From positions 473,273,644-473,337,643 of the forward strand of contig NC_133619.1 of the NCBI RefSeq assembly GCF_048593235.1: a stretch of 64,000 nucleotides of DNA. Direction: 5' to 3'. This stretch comes from Sminthopsis crassicaudata (Eukaryota). The translations under genes were made by a program, and so were the position numbers. How positions within the stretch are numbered: position 1 is the stretch's first letter; each line of letters opens with the position of its first letter. This document shows positions 52,770 through 64,000 of this stretch, piece by piece. The notes under the pieces are model-generated. The model had not been told where the DNA came from. It did not search any database and was given only the letters and a program-made list of their open reading frames with translations.

Positions 52770-54699
52770 AAGGCAGTGAGCTGACACAGAAAATCACAAA
52801 TTAACATTATCCATTACAGTATTTCTATTTATTTTTGTTAAACTATTTCCCAATTGTATTTAAATCTTCTTGAGGCAAAAAAAAGAAAATTTTACAGCCA
52901 TACAATAATTTGACACCTTTGTTCCACAGATAACAGAAACTTAAAATTTGTTGAACTGTTTGGAACTGTTTAACTAGACCCAAAGGATTTTGATTAATGT
53001 ATTGGCATCAATTTGGAGAGATTTCTTTAGTAAGAAATGGTCACAAAGCTGTTTCTGGCCATATTGAGTGTAAAATTTTTCAACTAACTAAATGAAAACA
53101 AATATCAATATGACCAAATTGATAAGGAATATGAAGTGAAAGGATTAGCTAATATATTAGATAACAGAATTATAGAATTATAATTATACTTATATGTATA
53201 TAATTATGAAATAATTATACAATCTTATAATTGAATATAAAAATGAAATTTAATATGAAGAAACATTAAGTTTCTACATGTGAAATCCAAAAGTCAACTG
53301 CTCAAGGATGGAAAGAGAGAATGAAAACTCCTTGTGAGTAGGGCCTCCTATTTTTGTCTTTGTATATCTAGAGACCTTGTTGCTTGTAAAAGACACTAAA
53401 GTAAAAATTAATGTTAAACTGAATTAAATTTATTCTATTTACTGAAACCTAACTTTTTCCTGACTGCCTCCATCCACTTTACCCAGTACAGACTGCATCT
53501 TCAGTTACTCTTCCTAGTTCACTGGTCAAGAAAAGGCAGGTAAAATATTCTTTGCAGATCATTGCTGCTTCCAAGTTGTCCTCCTCCCTCTCATTCAGTA
53601 ATTTCTCTTCCTTTGCATCTAAGCTATTTATATCCACCAGTCCAATCCAAATCCTGTTAGCAGTTGTCTATAGATGCCCAAGGTCATTTGTCTTCAGGGA
53701 ACTCAATACTTGGCCTAGGACTTTTCTTACCTCAATTCTTACCCTCATACATATTTATTTTCTAACACCTCAATCTTTCAGTTCTTCAACCTACTCTCAC
53801 CTCTTAAGCTACTTATTCATCCTATCTCAGTCACATAGAAATATGATCTTATCATCACAAACAAATATACCATCTAACTATTGGCTAAAACTATTGGTTT
53901 TTCATCTCTCCTGCTGCCTTCCCTTACATATTCCTATATTTTCTGCTTCCATTTGGTATCACATTCATATTGAGTGAAATGGGAAATTTAGGACTTCTCA
54001 GAATAAGATCAGCACTAAAAGCTTAATCATTAAAGCTCTGGGAAGAAGAACAGAAACTTTCCAAGAGAAAACATTTAAGAGAGAACTGCTTAGAGAAGAA
54101 TCTGACTAACTATGTAATGGCCTGGAAAAAATCCAGTAGTCTACAAACTGGCTAACCTCTACTTGTTGATTGACAAAAGCTTGAGGCAAAACCAAGTCTC
54201 CTTAAGTTATTTTAGAAACCTCTAATTCCTCTAACTTAATTGATTAACCTTAGAAGTAGAACAGACTTTTTCTTTCTTTTGAAACAGGTATTGTTTAACC
54301 AAGACCCTAAGGCCACAAAAGCCCACCTATATTCCAGGAGCATTATCAGGAGATGGGTGGGCGAATAGTTTCTGTAATCTTTTTTTTTTCTCCTGACCAT
54401 TTAAATTCTCTCTCCAGTCTTGGTGAAAATGGCCGTCCTCTCTCTGAGACTCCAGTGAGTGGGCTGTCAGCTTCTCATAAGATTTTAATGAAGCTTCTGT
54501 TTTTCACTTTGAATTATCTGAGTATTTTGATTAGGGGTTGTTATCTCATACAATATTTTACAAACATCTCTGCCAAAATAAAATAATATGAATACAGGAA
54601 ATATTTACTACTCATTACCAAATAAATTTTTTTACAACTAATTCTGAGTTATATTTTACAAGTTTGTTAAAAATCCATTATATTTACATTATACTATAA

Positions 54700-55045
54700 T
54701 GTCTGGACTAGCTCCCTGGAGGGCCTCAGGATCTGCCAGAGTCAGGATAAATCAAAGTCCTTGGTCTTTAGAGGGAGAAGTGAAGGAGCTGCCAAGCAGC
54801 TTGCCAAAGATGTATCCATCTTTGTATGCCAAAGAAGTGTGGTGTCTCTAGCCTCTCTCCTTATCTTGCCTGCCAAGTGACTCTCTACTACTTCTCTTCC
54901 CCAGATCTCTAATCCTGTGTAGGATTATCTCACCAACAAATGTTAAAGCAAGCACCACGGGTGAGGAGAGCCAGAGCTATTATCTCACATTGAATAGATA
55001 GCCTTAAGTGCTTTCTTGTTTGATTATGAGTTTCAGCCCTCAACA
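54700..55045. mobile_element. Solo LTR-like element, ~346 bp
   Basis: TGT...ACA termini around a GC-richer island; TSD not resolved. Confidence 0.55.
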
Positions 55046-56178
55046 TTATAGGTATGGTGTTTGGATCTTTTTGTTTTTAATATTGATATCTAGGATTTAT
55101 TAAAGTGCTAATAGGCAATATGAACTATTCCCAAAGTGAAGAGTCCCAAATTTATAGAGGGAAGGAAACTAAGAAACCAATCAGTCCAATTCTTTTAGTC
55201 TACAAATGATTAAAGCAGGTCACAAGAAAGTTACTTGCCTAAGGTCACACAGGTAATAAGACTGACACTACAATTTATCACACCTTCAATAAAAAAAAAA
55301 AACCAAAGAAACTCTGAGAGCTTGAAGGCAATTTAGAAATAATCTTGAATCCCCCCCATTTTAGAAATAAGAAAAGTAAAGTATAGAAAAAAGAAAGGAT
55401 GTGATCAAAGATATAATAGTTTTAAAAAAGGCATATAAATTAATTTGATAAGAGAAATAATTCAATGTATTTAGAATGGGATTTAGAATCACATATTTAG
55501 AATAACACAAGAAAGCATCTAAAATGAAAAGAAAAAACTACTTTATGCTTAACAAATAAAATATTCCCATAAATACTATCACAACACTTTTGTACAAGAA
55601 AAATATTTCAGACTCTGGGCAAACTCAACATTTCTAGTTCAATGAAGCAATTTCAAATCCAATGAAAATGGAAGAAAACAATAACAAAAATGAGCTCTTA
55701 TATACTTTTCCCCCAAAGAATATAGAATATAAGATAAATGATTTTCTATGAAATAGAAAAAATATATAACTTGTCCAATTTTAGAGGTGAACAAAATTTT
55801 AAAAAACATTTTTGTATGGCTGTTCAATCAGTGCTCTTGAAAATAGTCAAATCTGAAATGTCTGGGCTAAATATAATAATGTTTTCCAGTAGAAAAACAT
55901 TATTTTCTTTCTAATTATACTTCGCTTAGGGTAAGAATAAATTGATATCTATCATTTGAATTTTGTCATTTAAAAGGAGAGATGATCTAGCTATATAAAT
56001 GACAGTCAAAACCAAGCAAGGAATATGATAGTAATACGTCATAAACTGGACAATAAATAGGAGAAATAAGAGATTATAAGAAACAACTAATTTAAATAAG
56101 CAAGGGGAATGAAATACTACTGAATAGGAGTATTTTAAGAGAGTTAACAGGATAAGAGATTTTTATATTTGCAAATAC

Positions 56179-56294
56179 CTTATAGATTCAGTATCTATAT
56201 GCACTGGAGCTATCCTCTCCAGGAGGAATTTAATCATTTCCAGAAAAGGATTTGTAGGTTGTTTGGGGTTGCCCAACTTCTTGGTTATTTCACG
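56179..56294 (-). CDS. PDS5B: PDS5B exon (~17), 116 nt, [38 protein letters not shown](S)
   Basis: ttacag|CGTGAA...ATAAG|gtattt; manual translation matches PDS5B. Confidence 0.96.
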
Positions 56295-57107
56295 CTGTAA
56301 CACATTATTTTACAATTATTAGTACCATAATTAAAAAAAAATACAAATAATTTAAAATAAAAGATATGAGTAATTTCCAGAAGAAAAAACTATCCATGTT
56401 AAAAAAAAAAAAAACAAGGAAAAAAATTAATTTTTAGCTATGCTCTCAAATCTATCAAATTTTAAATACAAGAAAACTTACTAAACTATATAAACTTTAA
56501 CCTAGCAATCCCATTAAGAAAGATATATTCCAAAGCCATTAATATCCAATGAAGTTAATTACAAAAGGAAAAGTCCTATAAAAATCAAAATACTCAAAGT
56601 AGCACATTTTCCTATAGGAAAATACTAGAGCCAAACAAATTAAGTAACCATCACCTGATGAGTGGATGAACAAATTACATTCCATGTGTTTAATGGAATG
56701 GAATATTACTGTGCTATATGATCTGATTAATATGATTGAATCAAAGAAACATCAATAGACTTGAATGACCTGACAGAATGGAGAAAGTAGGGAACCAGAC
56801 ACAATGATCATAGAATGAAAAGTATACTAAAAAACTTCAGTTAAATTTAGATTAAATTACCAAAACTGATCTCAGACATTAGAGGATGAAAACATTTTCC
56901 TACTAGACAGAAGGGATAGAGATTCTACTACTATATCTAATGTGATTATTATCAGGGTTTTTTTTGGTTTTGTTTTGTTTATTTCATTATTTTTGATATA
57001 AGGGTGGATTTAGGACGAGTGTACAACTAACAATAACCAATCTACAAATACAATAGATCAATAAAACATTTTAAATAAATAAAAGATATTTGAAATTTTA
57101 TCCTTAC

Positions 57108-57247
57108 CACACATCCTTCAGCCTGCTTGCAGGAACATGTTGGGCTAACAAGCATTTCTAATTGGTTTCTTATTTTCTCATCATCTTCTAAAACTTGTGT
57201 GAATTTTTTCATAAAATCCTGAGCCTTACCAGGATCAGGCAAATTTC
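57108..57247 (-). CDS. PDS5B: PDS5B exon (~16), 140 nt, (R)[46 protein letters not shown]
   Basis: Lies within ORF 57042..57257; tttaaag|GA...GTG|gtaagg; phase consistent with neighbouring exons. Confidence 0.96.
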
Positions 57248-59480
57248 CTTTAAACAAATAATGAAAAAAAAAAAAATTAAACTATAAATACATTCTCAGA
57301 ATTTCATATTGTTTCTTATATCAATTTTGGAATTAATAATCCTAAAATGAACCAGATTCTGGGAATTGGAAGAAATAACAATCCAGAGTCAAGCCTCACA
57401 TGAAAAAAGTCTAATTTGTATATAACCAATTAAGATTTTGTGCACCTGACTTGCATTATAGAAAAACAATTATTAAGATGGGAAGGCTATTATTAGAAAG
57501 GACTAAATTGATTAATCCTAGGAAGTTTTTATAAAATGCAACAATACTAAATGTATTAAAAATACTCAATAATTAATACTAAATGTCAAATCCATAGTGG
57601 TATCTATTGATTTTTAAATCATTAAACAGAATCAGACTTTTTAAATTCTTGACAACTATTAATACCTTAATGGTTGTTTAAAGGATGATGCCCTATTTCA
57701 ATTGGTTTTATGTTTGGTTTTGATAATTTGTCAAATTAGGAAAGCCTCATACAAAGGGGTTATGATCAATTAGAAATAGCAAAGAGGAAGGAATCAGCTC
57801 TAAATGGTACAACTACTACACAATAACTACCTTAAGAAAAGTTAATTTTTGGAGGAGTCAGCATTGTGTTCTTAGCTCCCTCATAGTATTCCTGAATTAG
57901 CAAAATACATGTTAAAAGTACTGCTTAATTGATGATTAAATTTTTTCTTGGGTTTTCTCATACCATTGAGAATGTCAGTGATCATGTTTAACAAAGAGCT
58001 CACAGTGCCTACAGTATGGATGGAATTAATATAAATTCATCTCATTTACAATGTCTGATACAATTTATTTTAAAAATTACAATAGCAGTTCTTTCTTACA
58101 GAGATGAAGCTCTAAATTCATATATGGAATTATAAAGTCAAATCCCAAAAATTTAGCCTTGGTAAATGAACAATAGGGATGATACAGCATAAGAACTTCT
58201 CCCCTTCTTCAAAATGCAATGGATCTATAACTTAGAAGTTGAGGGCTTAATAAGTTGCAAAGAAGCTGAGGGACTTGGTCCATTATGACATAGCTATTTT
58301 AACAGGTGAGACTTGAATAATGCTTTTCCTGACTACAAGTCAAGCACTTTACCATGCATCTGGATTAACAATTTACATTTTTAAATTCTGCAAAATACTT
58401 TACATACATTGTCCCATTTGAGACTCATAATCTTGTGAAAATGAAACTGATGTATTATTCCTTTCCCTTAAAAGATGAGAATCAAATTATGAAAAAATTA
58501 ATAAAACAAGCTGTTCACAAAACAATGAAGTGACAGAAGAAAAAGTATTATAGTAGCAGAACAACTTTTTTGTATGAGTTTTTTGGTAGTGAAGAACAGG
58601 AAAGAATGATTTACAGGTAGTTTCTATCTCTCTTCATGCACACGGGAGAGAATAAATGTAGTCACAAATAAAAATATCTTGAGCTCCAGTGTTCTTTTTT
58701 TTTTTTTTTAATTTGTTTATTTCCTATATTCAATGATAGGGCCTATTAGGTATTCCTGATATCTGAACTAGAATAATTGTTAGTAAAGGAGAATTATCAA
58801 CTTATTTTCAAAAAGGTTCTCATGTAATTAACACATATCTTTAATATAAATTTTGGCTTACCAGAGGATTAACTGTAAAGTTAAAGCTATACATAAATTA
58901 ACATTTCAAGAAATTATTATATACAGGAAATTTTCTTCATATACTTAACAACTTTGTTCCCTCTGATTGATTAGTTCATCTCAAAACCTAAATTTTAAGA
59001 AGGATGCCGGACCCATTAGGCTGTTATTTATCTCCAGACTGCATACGTGACTCTTCAGACTTTCTCTTCCATCTCACCAGGCTGGGAAATTTCATCTCTT
59101 TTCCCCATCATCCCACTTTTAAGCTACCTTTTATTTGTTGCCTTCCCCCCACTAAACTGTTAATTCCTTAAGAGCAAAACTATCTTTCTGCTTATATTTC
59201 GGGCACTAGATATTGTGCTTAATAAATGAGTGCTCAATAAATGCTTGTTGACTTGACAAAACCAATGATGACAAAAGCAATGCACTGAGTTTTCCCTGAA
59301 AGGAAGGAAAGGGATAATAGAGTAGTTCCAAAATAAAAGATATTTAAATATATCTTAATCTTTTAACTATCAATTCAATATCAACAAGTGCTTGGAAAAT
59401 AAAAATATGTCTAACAGTCCTTGCTTTCTAGAAACTGGCATTCTACTAGTTTGATATACTATGTACATAAATAAAACATA

Positions 59481-59627
59481 GAGGCAGCTAGGTGGCCCAG
59501 TGGATAGAGCACCAGCCCTGAAGTCAGGATGACCTGAGTTCAAATGTGACCTCAGACACTTAACACGTTCAGGCTGTATGACCCTGGGCAAGTCACTCAA
59601 CTCCAATTGCCTGAGCAAAAAAAAAAG
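59481..59627 (+). mobile_element. WSINE1-like SINE
   Basis: Same structure as 30147; poly(A) tail. Confidence 0.88.
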
Positions 59628-59639
59628 TATTACATAAAG

Positions 59640-61500
59640 TAATTTCAAGGGAGAGAGAGAGAGAGAGAGTGCGCGCATGAACAACTGGTCAGGAATAGAA
59701 AAGATCTGGCAGAAACTCATTGGAATTATGCTTTAAAGGAAGGAAAGATAAATAAAGGATTTAAGAGATGTGGGTAAATAAAGAAGAGTTAAAACTTACA
59801 AAACTTAAAAAGTTAAGGATGACTCCAGGGTAGAAACCCAAGTAACTGAAAGGATGGTAGTACTACCTTCAGAAATGGACTTATGTAAAAAGGATGAGTT
59901 TGGATATGGAAGAAGGGATGTTTCAACTTTACACATGTTAAAATTGAGATACTTATTGGATATATAGGTACAAATATGTAGAAGGCAATCTGTAATTCAG
60001 AAGGCAGATGAGGAATAAAAACGTGGACTTGGGAATTATATGCATAAATACAACTGAACATAATGGGAACTCATAAAATTATCAAGCAGTCATCCAACAA
60101 GAATTTTACAAGGCATCTGTCATTAGGAACTGGCCAGGTACTGAAGATAAAAATACAAATGTGTGACAATCCATGTCCTCAAGAATCTTATGCTTTGGAG
60201 AAAGACAAGGGGCAAAGACAGAACCATGGGGGATATATTTACACTTAATGAACTGAAGAAAAATGGTGATGGTCCAAACCAAAAGAAACTGATAAAGAAC
60301 AATGCGAGAAATAGAAAAACTAAGAGAGAGAAATGTTAGGAAGGAAAGAATATTCAGGAGGAGAAGTGATAGAACATGGCAAAAGATGCTGAGATGTCAA
60401 GATTTAGAAAAGGATATGGGATTAAGCAGTTAGATAACTGGTAATATTACAGAAAGCAATGCTCAGGAACCAGAGTTAATAAAGACAAAAATTTCTGGTA
60501 ATTTGTCTGTGAAAAGTATAAGATATCATAACTTGAGGCAATGGTAGAATCATAGGAGTATATGTGGAAGAATGAAATTTGGTAAAGAAAATCTTCCCAA
60601 GAGGTCTGGACAAAAGTGGTGNNNNNNNNNNNNNNNNNNNNNNNNNNNNNNNNNNNNNNNNNNNNNNNNNNNNNNNNNNNNNNNNNNNNNNNNNNNNNNN
60701 NNNNNNNNNNNNNNNNNNNNNNNNNNNNNNNNNNNNNNNNNNNNNNNNNNNNNNNNNNNNNNNNNNNNNNNNNNNNNNNNNNNNNNNNNNNNNNNNNNNN
60801 NNNNNNNNNNNNNAAAAATTCAAAATAGATGTCCTCTCTTAAGGGAGGTGGCAAGAACTTCTGCTGAGAGGCAGATGTAAAGAATAGTTCATGCAATCTG
60901 AGAAAAGAAGCTAAGTTTTGAAAAGCCCATGTCAAAAATGTGATATAAAATTAAACAGTGAAGAATTACTATGTATTAGTAAAAGTTCACTTAGATTGCA
61001 AAATACAAATTTTACAGTGAACTCAGTTGGCATGACTGTTTCATTTTTGATAGGAGGAATGGCAGGGTTAAGGGTTCAAGCAAGGCATGAGTAATGATAG
61101 GGACAAGAGGCTAAAGGATTCAAGTATAGTTGATAGTATATGGTTAAATGAAGAAAAGTAGACCAAAATAGGAGTTATAGATTAGAAGTACAGAGGAAGA
61201 TCAAGTTTTGGTGAATATTAAAAGGTTTAAGAAGAATGAGAGAGAGGAACAGATGTAAAAATATGAAGTTATAATCACGAAGGGAAATTTCAATATTCTA
61301 AATAAAGGAGCTGAAAAAATCTGGGGTAATGTTTTCATCAATGATATAATCATTCTGATGTGTGGCTGGGGTAGAGTGAAGTTGGTAGAAATAGTAGTTG
61401 TGTACATAGAAGATCTGAAAAACCAAAATATTTGAGGGGATTTGAACATACAACTATCTTCATTCCTTCTCTCCTGAAATATACTAAGTATCACATACAG
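59640..61500. mobile_element. Long degenerate L2-like remnant spanning an assembly gap
   Basis: Purine-rich strand typical of the L2 body. Boundaries approximate. Confidence 0.45.
60622..60813. other. Assembly gap (192 N)
   Basis: Run of N. Confidence 0.99.
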
Positions 61501-61684
61501 AAAGAGAACATCAAAAAATGGCAAATCACAAAAATCAGCAAGAAAGCTAGTAAGGATGACAATGTATTTACTTTTTTTGTATTATCATTTAAAAGCAACT
61601 ATACAAAATACGTAAAATTCCCATGTAAAAGGGATATTGAAATTCAATCTTGAGAATTATATGGAAAAACTTTAAATGACTTAC

Positions 61685-61733
61685 TTGTAATTATCATCAC
61701 TTTTGAAAATATGGCTTTACCACTGGCATCTGT
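61685..61733 (-). CDS. PDS5B: PDS5B internal coding exon (~exon 15), 49 nt, TDASGKAIFSKVMIIT(R)
   Basis: Minus strand reads tttacag|ACAGATGCC...ATTACAA|gtaagt. The peptide matches vertebrate PDS5B and the phase joins the next exon. Confidence 0.93.
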
Positions 61734-62793
61734 CTGTAAATCACAAACAAAAAAAAGAAAAATCATATGTCATTACAAATAATCTTCATTACATATAAAC
61801 ATGTAAAGGATTTTTAAAAAAAAATTTCATGAGTATGAGGAACTCACTGCCTCACACAGATACTAATTTGATTTAATAATAAGTCCCAGGGAATTAGTTC
61901 ACTGGCTCAGAGAGGGATCAGAGTTAAAGATGATATTTAAATCCACATTATCTTGATCACAAGTTGATTTTGTACTCTACTACACGATGATGCTTTTATA
62001 ATTTTTATTATAAACTAAAAATTCATTCAAAAGTTAATTTTTCACTAAAAATAAACTTTTAAAACCATGATTTACTGTGTTCTCCATTCCAAAGAATTGA
62101 TGCCACTGATAAAAGGCAAACTAAATGTTTTATATTGATATGCATTGATAACACATCAATTCTATCTTTTGAAATGAAATTCCAAAAGAAAATAACTTAA
62201 ATTCCAAAAACATCTTACCTTAATAGTTTCTATTCTGAAAAAATGCTTGCTAATTAGATATATTTGTACCAGATTTCTCTAAAGGAGACAATCCTAAATA
62301 CACTATAAATCAAGTTTCCCCTCTACTACAAGCAGGACCATCAGATTTCACAATTTTCATTATGCTTTTCCAAATTATTATTTGTGGTTAATAAATACTT
62401 TCTATGTAATTCATAGATATGTTTTCATCTCTTTATGTTGTGGCAATACAAAACCCCAAGTTTAAAAGTTAGTTTTCTAAGTGCATATAGAGAAAAAAAT
62501 TCTATCTCATTTAACTACATTGGTAATACAAAGGAAAGTTGGATTCTTTTTGAAAAAAATACTCAAATGGGAGAGAAGCCAAAATACCTGAGCATTAGAA
62601 AGTGATAAGAATAACAAAGGCAGGAATCTCAAATTAAAGAAAAGCAAGTCACTCTAAACCAACAGAGTATATAAGCTGGTTGTAGACTGAATCCAGTAAC
62701 AGTCTACCGTTGTTCAGACCCCAAGTTTGGGTTAGGAACTTACAAAGCTCAGTTCTGAGGGTCTGCAGACCAGATGTTAAAAACTAGTAGAGA

Positions 62794-62958
62794 GGGGCAG
62801 TTAGTTGGTGTAGTGAACACAGCATCAGCTTTAAAGTCAGAAGGACCCGAGTTCAAAGCTAATTTCAGACACTTAACACTTCCTAGCTGTGTGACCCTGA
62901 GCAAGTCACTTAGCCCCAATTGCCTCAGGAAAAAACAACAACAACAACAAAAAACAAA
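62794..62958 (+). mobile_element. WSINE1-like SINE
   Basis: Same structure; (CAA)n tail; degenerate TSD (aaactagtagaga/aaactgatataga). Confidence 0.85.
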
Positions 62959-63049
62959 CTGATATAGACTACTCAGGTAGTACTAAAAGCTTGGAGATAT
63001 CCAGACTGAAGTGTCCCTGACTTCATGGAATAATACAAAATTTAATAGC

Positions 63050-63830
63050 CCAAGAAAGCAACAGTCCAGCTATTCCCTCCAAAAATGATTTAACACAAAG
63101 TTAAAAGACAGGAAGTAGTTTTGAAGAATGAAAAAAACAAAAAAGAATCTCATCATAAAAAAGCTATCATGGTGATACTGAAAATCAGAACAGGCCAAAT
63201 AGAAGCCAATAACTCCATGTGAGAAAATAAGAAATATTAAAACAAAGTCAAGAATGGAGGAAAAAATAGATGAAAATGTAAAGGAACTCAAAGCACCTCC
63301 TCCAAAAAAAAAAAAATTCTGACTAGAAAAATGACCAAAGTGGGGGGACAAAAAAAATCATTGGTCCTACTTGCAAACCATGACAAAAAATAAGAGCCTC
63401 AATAAAAATTTCAAGAAATTTTTAAAACTGTCTATATTTCTTAGAGTCAAAGGACAAAATGGAAGATGAAAGAATCCTTCAGTAACTTACTGAAAGAAAC
63501 AAAAAAAATGAAAACCCTTGAGAATATTACAGCCAAAATCCTAGCTTCCAGTTTAAAAAAATAATTCAAGCAGCCAAAAAGAAGTTATGGCTAACATCAC
63601 ATATGGCTTAGCTGCCAATACCATAAAAAAGCAGAGCTTGGGATATAACATTCCAAGAAGGCAAAGTATATAGGCTTATATCCAAGAGTAACTTAAACAA
63701 AACAGGATATAATCCTACTAGGGAAAAAAATAAGATATTTACTGAAATAGAGGGTTTGCAAGCTTTCTTGATGAAAAGATGAAAGCTTCATAGAAACTCT
63801 GAAGGTCAAATACAGCAACTGGGGAAGGAG
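63050..63830 (+). mobile_element. Degenerate L1 ORF1 remnant
   Basis: A-rich and similar to the ORF1 remnant at 3570-4000. Boundaries approximate. Confidence 0.55.
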
Positions 63831-64000
63831 GGAGGAAGGAGAAGTAGAGAAGAGGGGAAGGGGAGACAAACACGAGTAAATAATCTCAAGGGACCAAATA
63901 AGAATAAACTGCTTACATTCTTAACTGGGGAAATATGTCTCCTCTGAACACTCAAATTAGGAAAATGGGGGCAGGGAAGAAGTGGATAATACTTTAAATT

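Noticed and set aside
60447-60935. Long ORFs containing X (also 4592..4849)
   Set aside because: Artefacts of the N gaps.
97-61733. Assignment of the exons to PDS5A
   Set aside because: Diagnostic peptides ([40 protein letters not shown]) match the PDS5B paralogue.
97-61733. U12-type intron or non-canonical splice sites
   Set aside because: All boundaries are GT-AG with U2-type donors; no GTATCCTT or ATATCCTT donor was found.
61734-64000. A further upstream canonical PDS5B exon (ALNEMWKCQNLL...)
   Set aside because: No matching sequence found, so it is probably beyond the window.
1-64000. CRISPR arrays, rRNA, tRNA genes, snoRNA or NUMT
   Set aside because: None seen. The tRNA-like A/B boxes belong to WSINE1 copies, and the C-box-like motifs lack suitably placed D boxes and terminal stems.

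Overview
AT-rich vertebrate genomic DNA. The WSINE1-like SINEs and marsupial-type L1s point to an Australian marsupial, most likely a dasyurid (inference). The window lies inside PDS5B (cohesin-associated factor), which runs on the minus strand. Twelve internal coding exons with canonical GT-AG boundaries splice into one open frame of 1505 nt (about aa 518-1019; exons ~15-26 by human numbering, recalled from memory). The introns hold many repeats: several 5'-truncated L1s with clear TSDs, about ten solo-LTR-like elements (five within 5 kb), WSINE1, hAT MITEs, L2/MIR/RTE remnants, microsatellites and two assembly gaps. I found no convincing new gene system. The best-supported unusual feature is an L1 3' transduction (46177-48359) that carried a DNA-transposon fragment. 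Next is a candidate (UG)n-flanked poison exon with a perfect U1-complementary donor (25099-25154).
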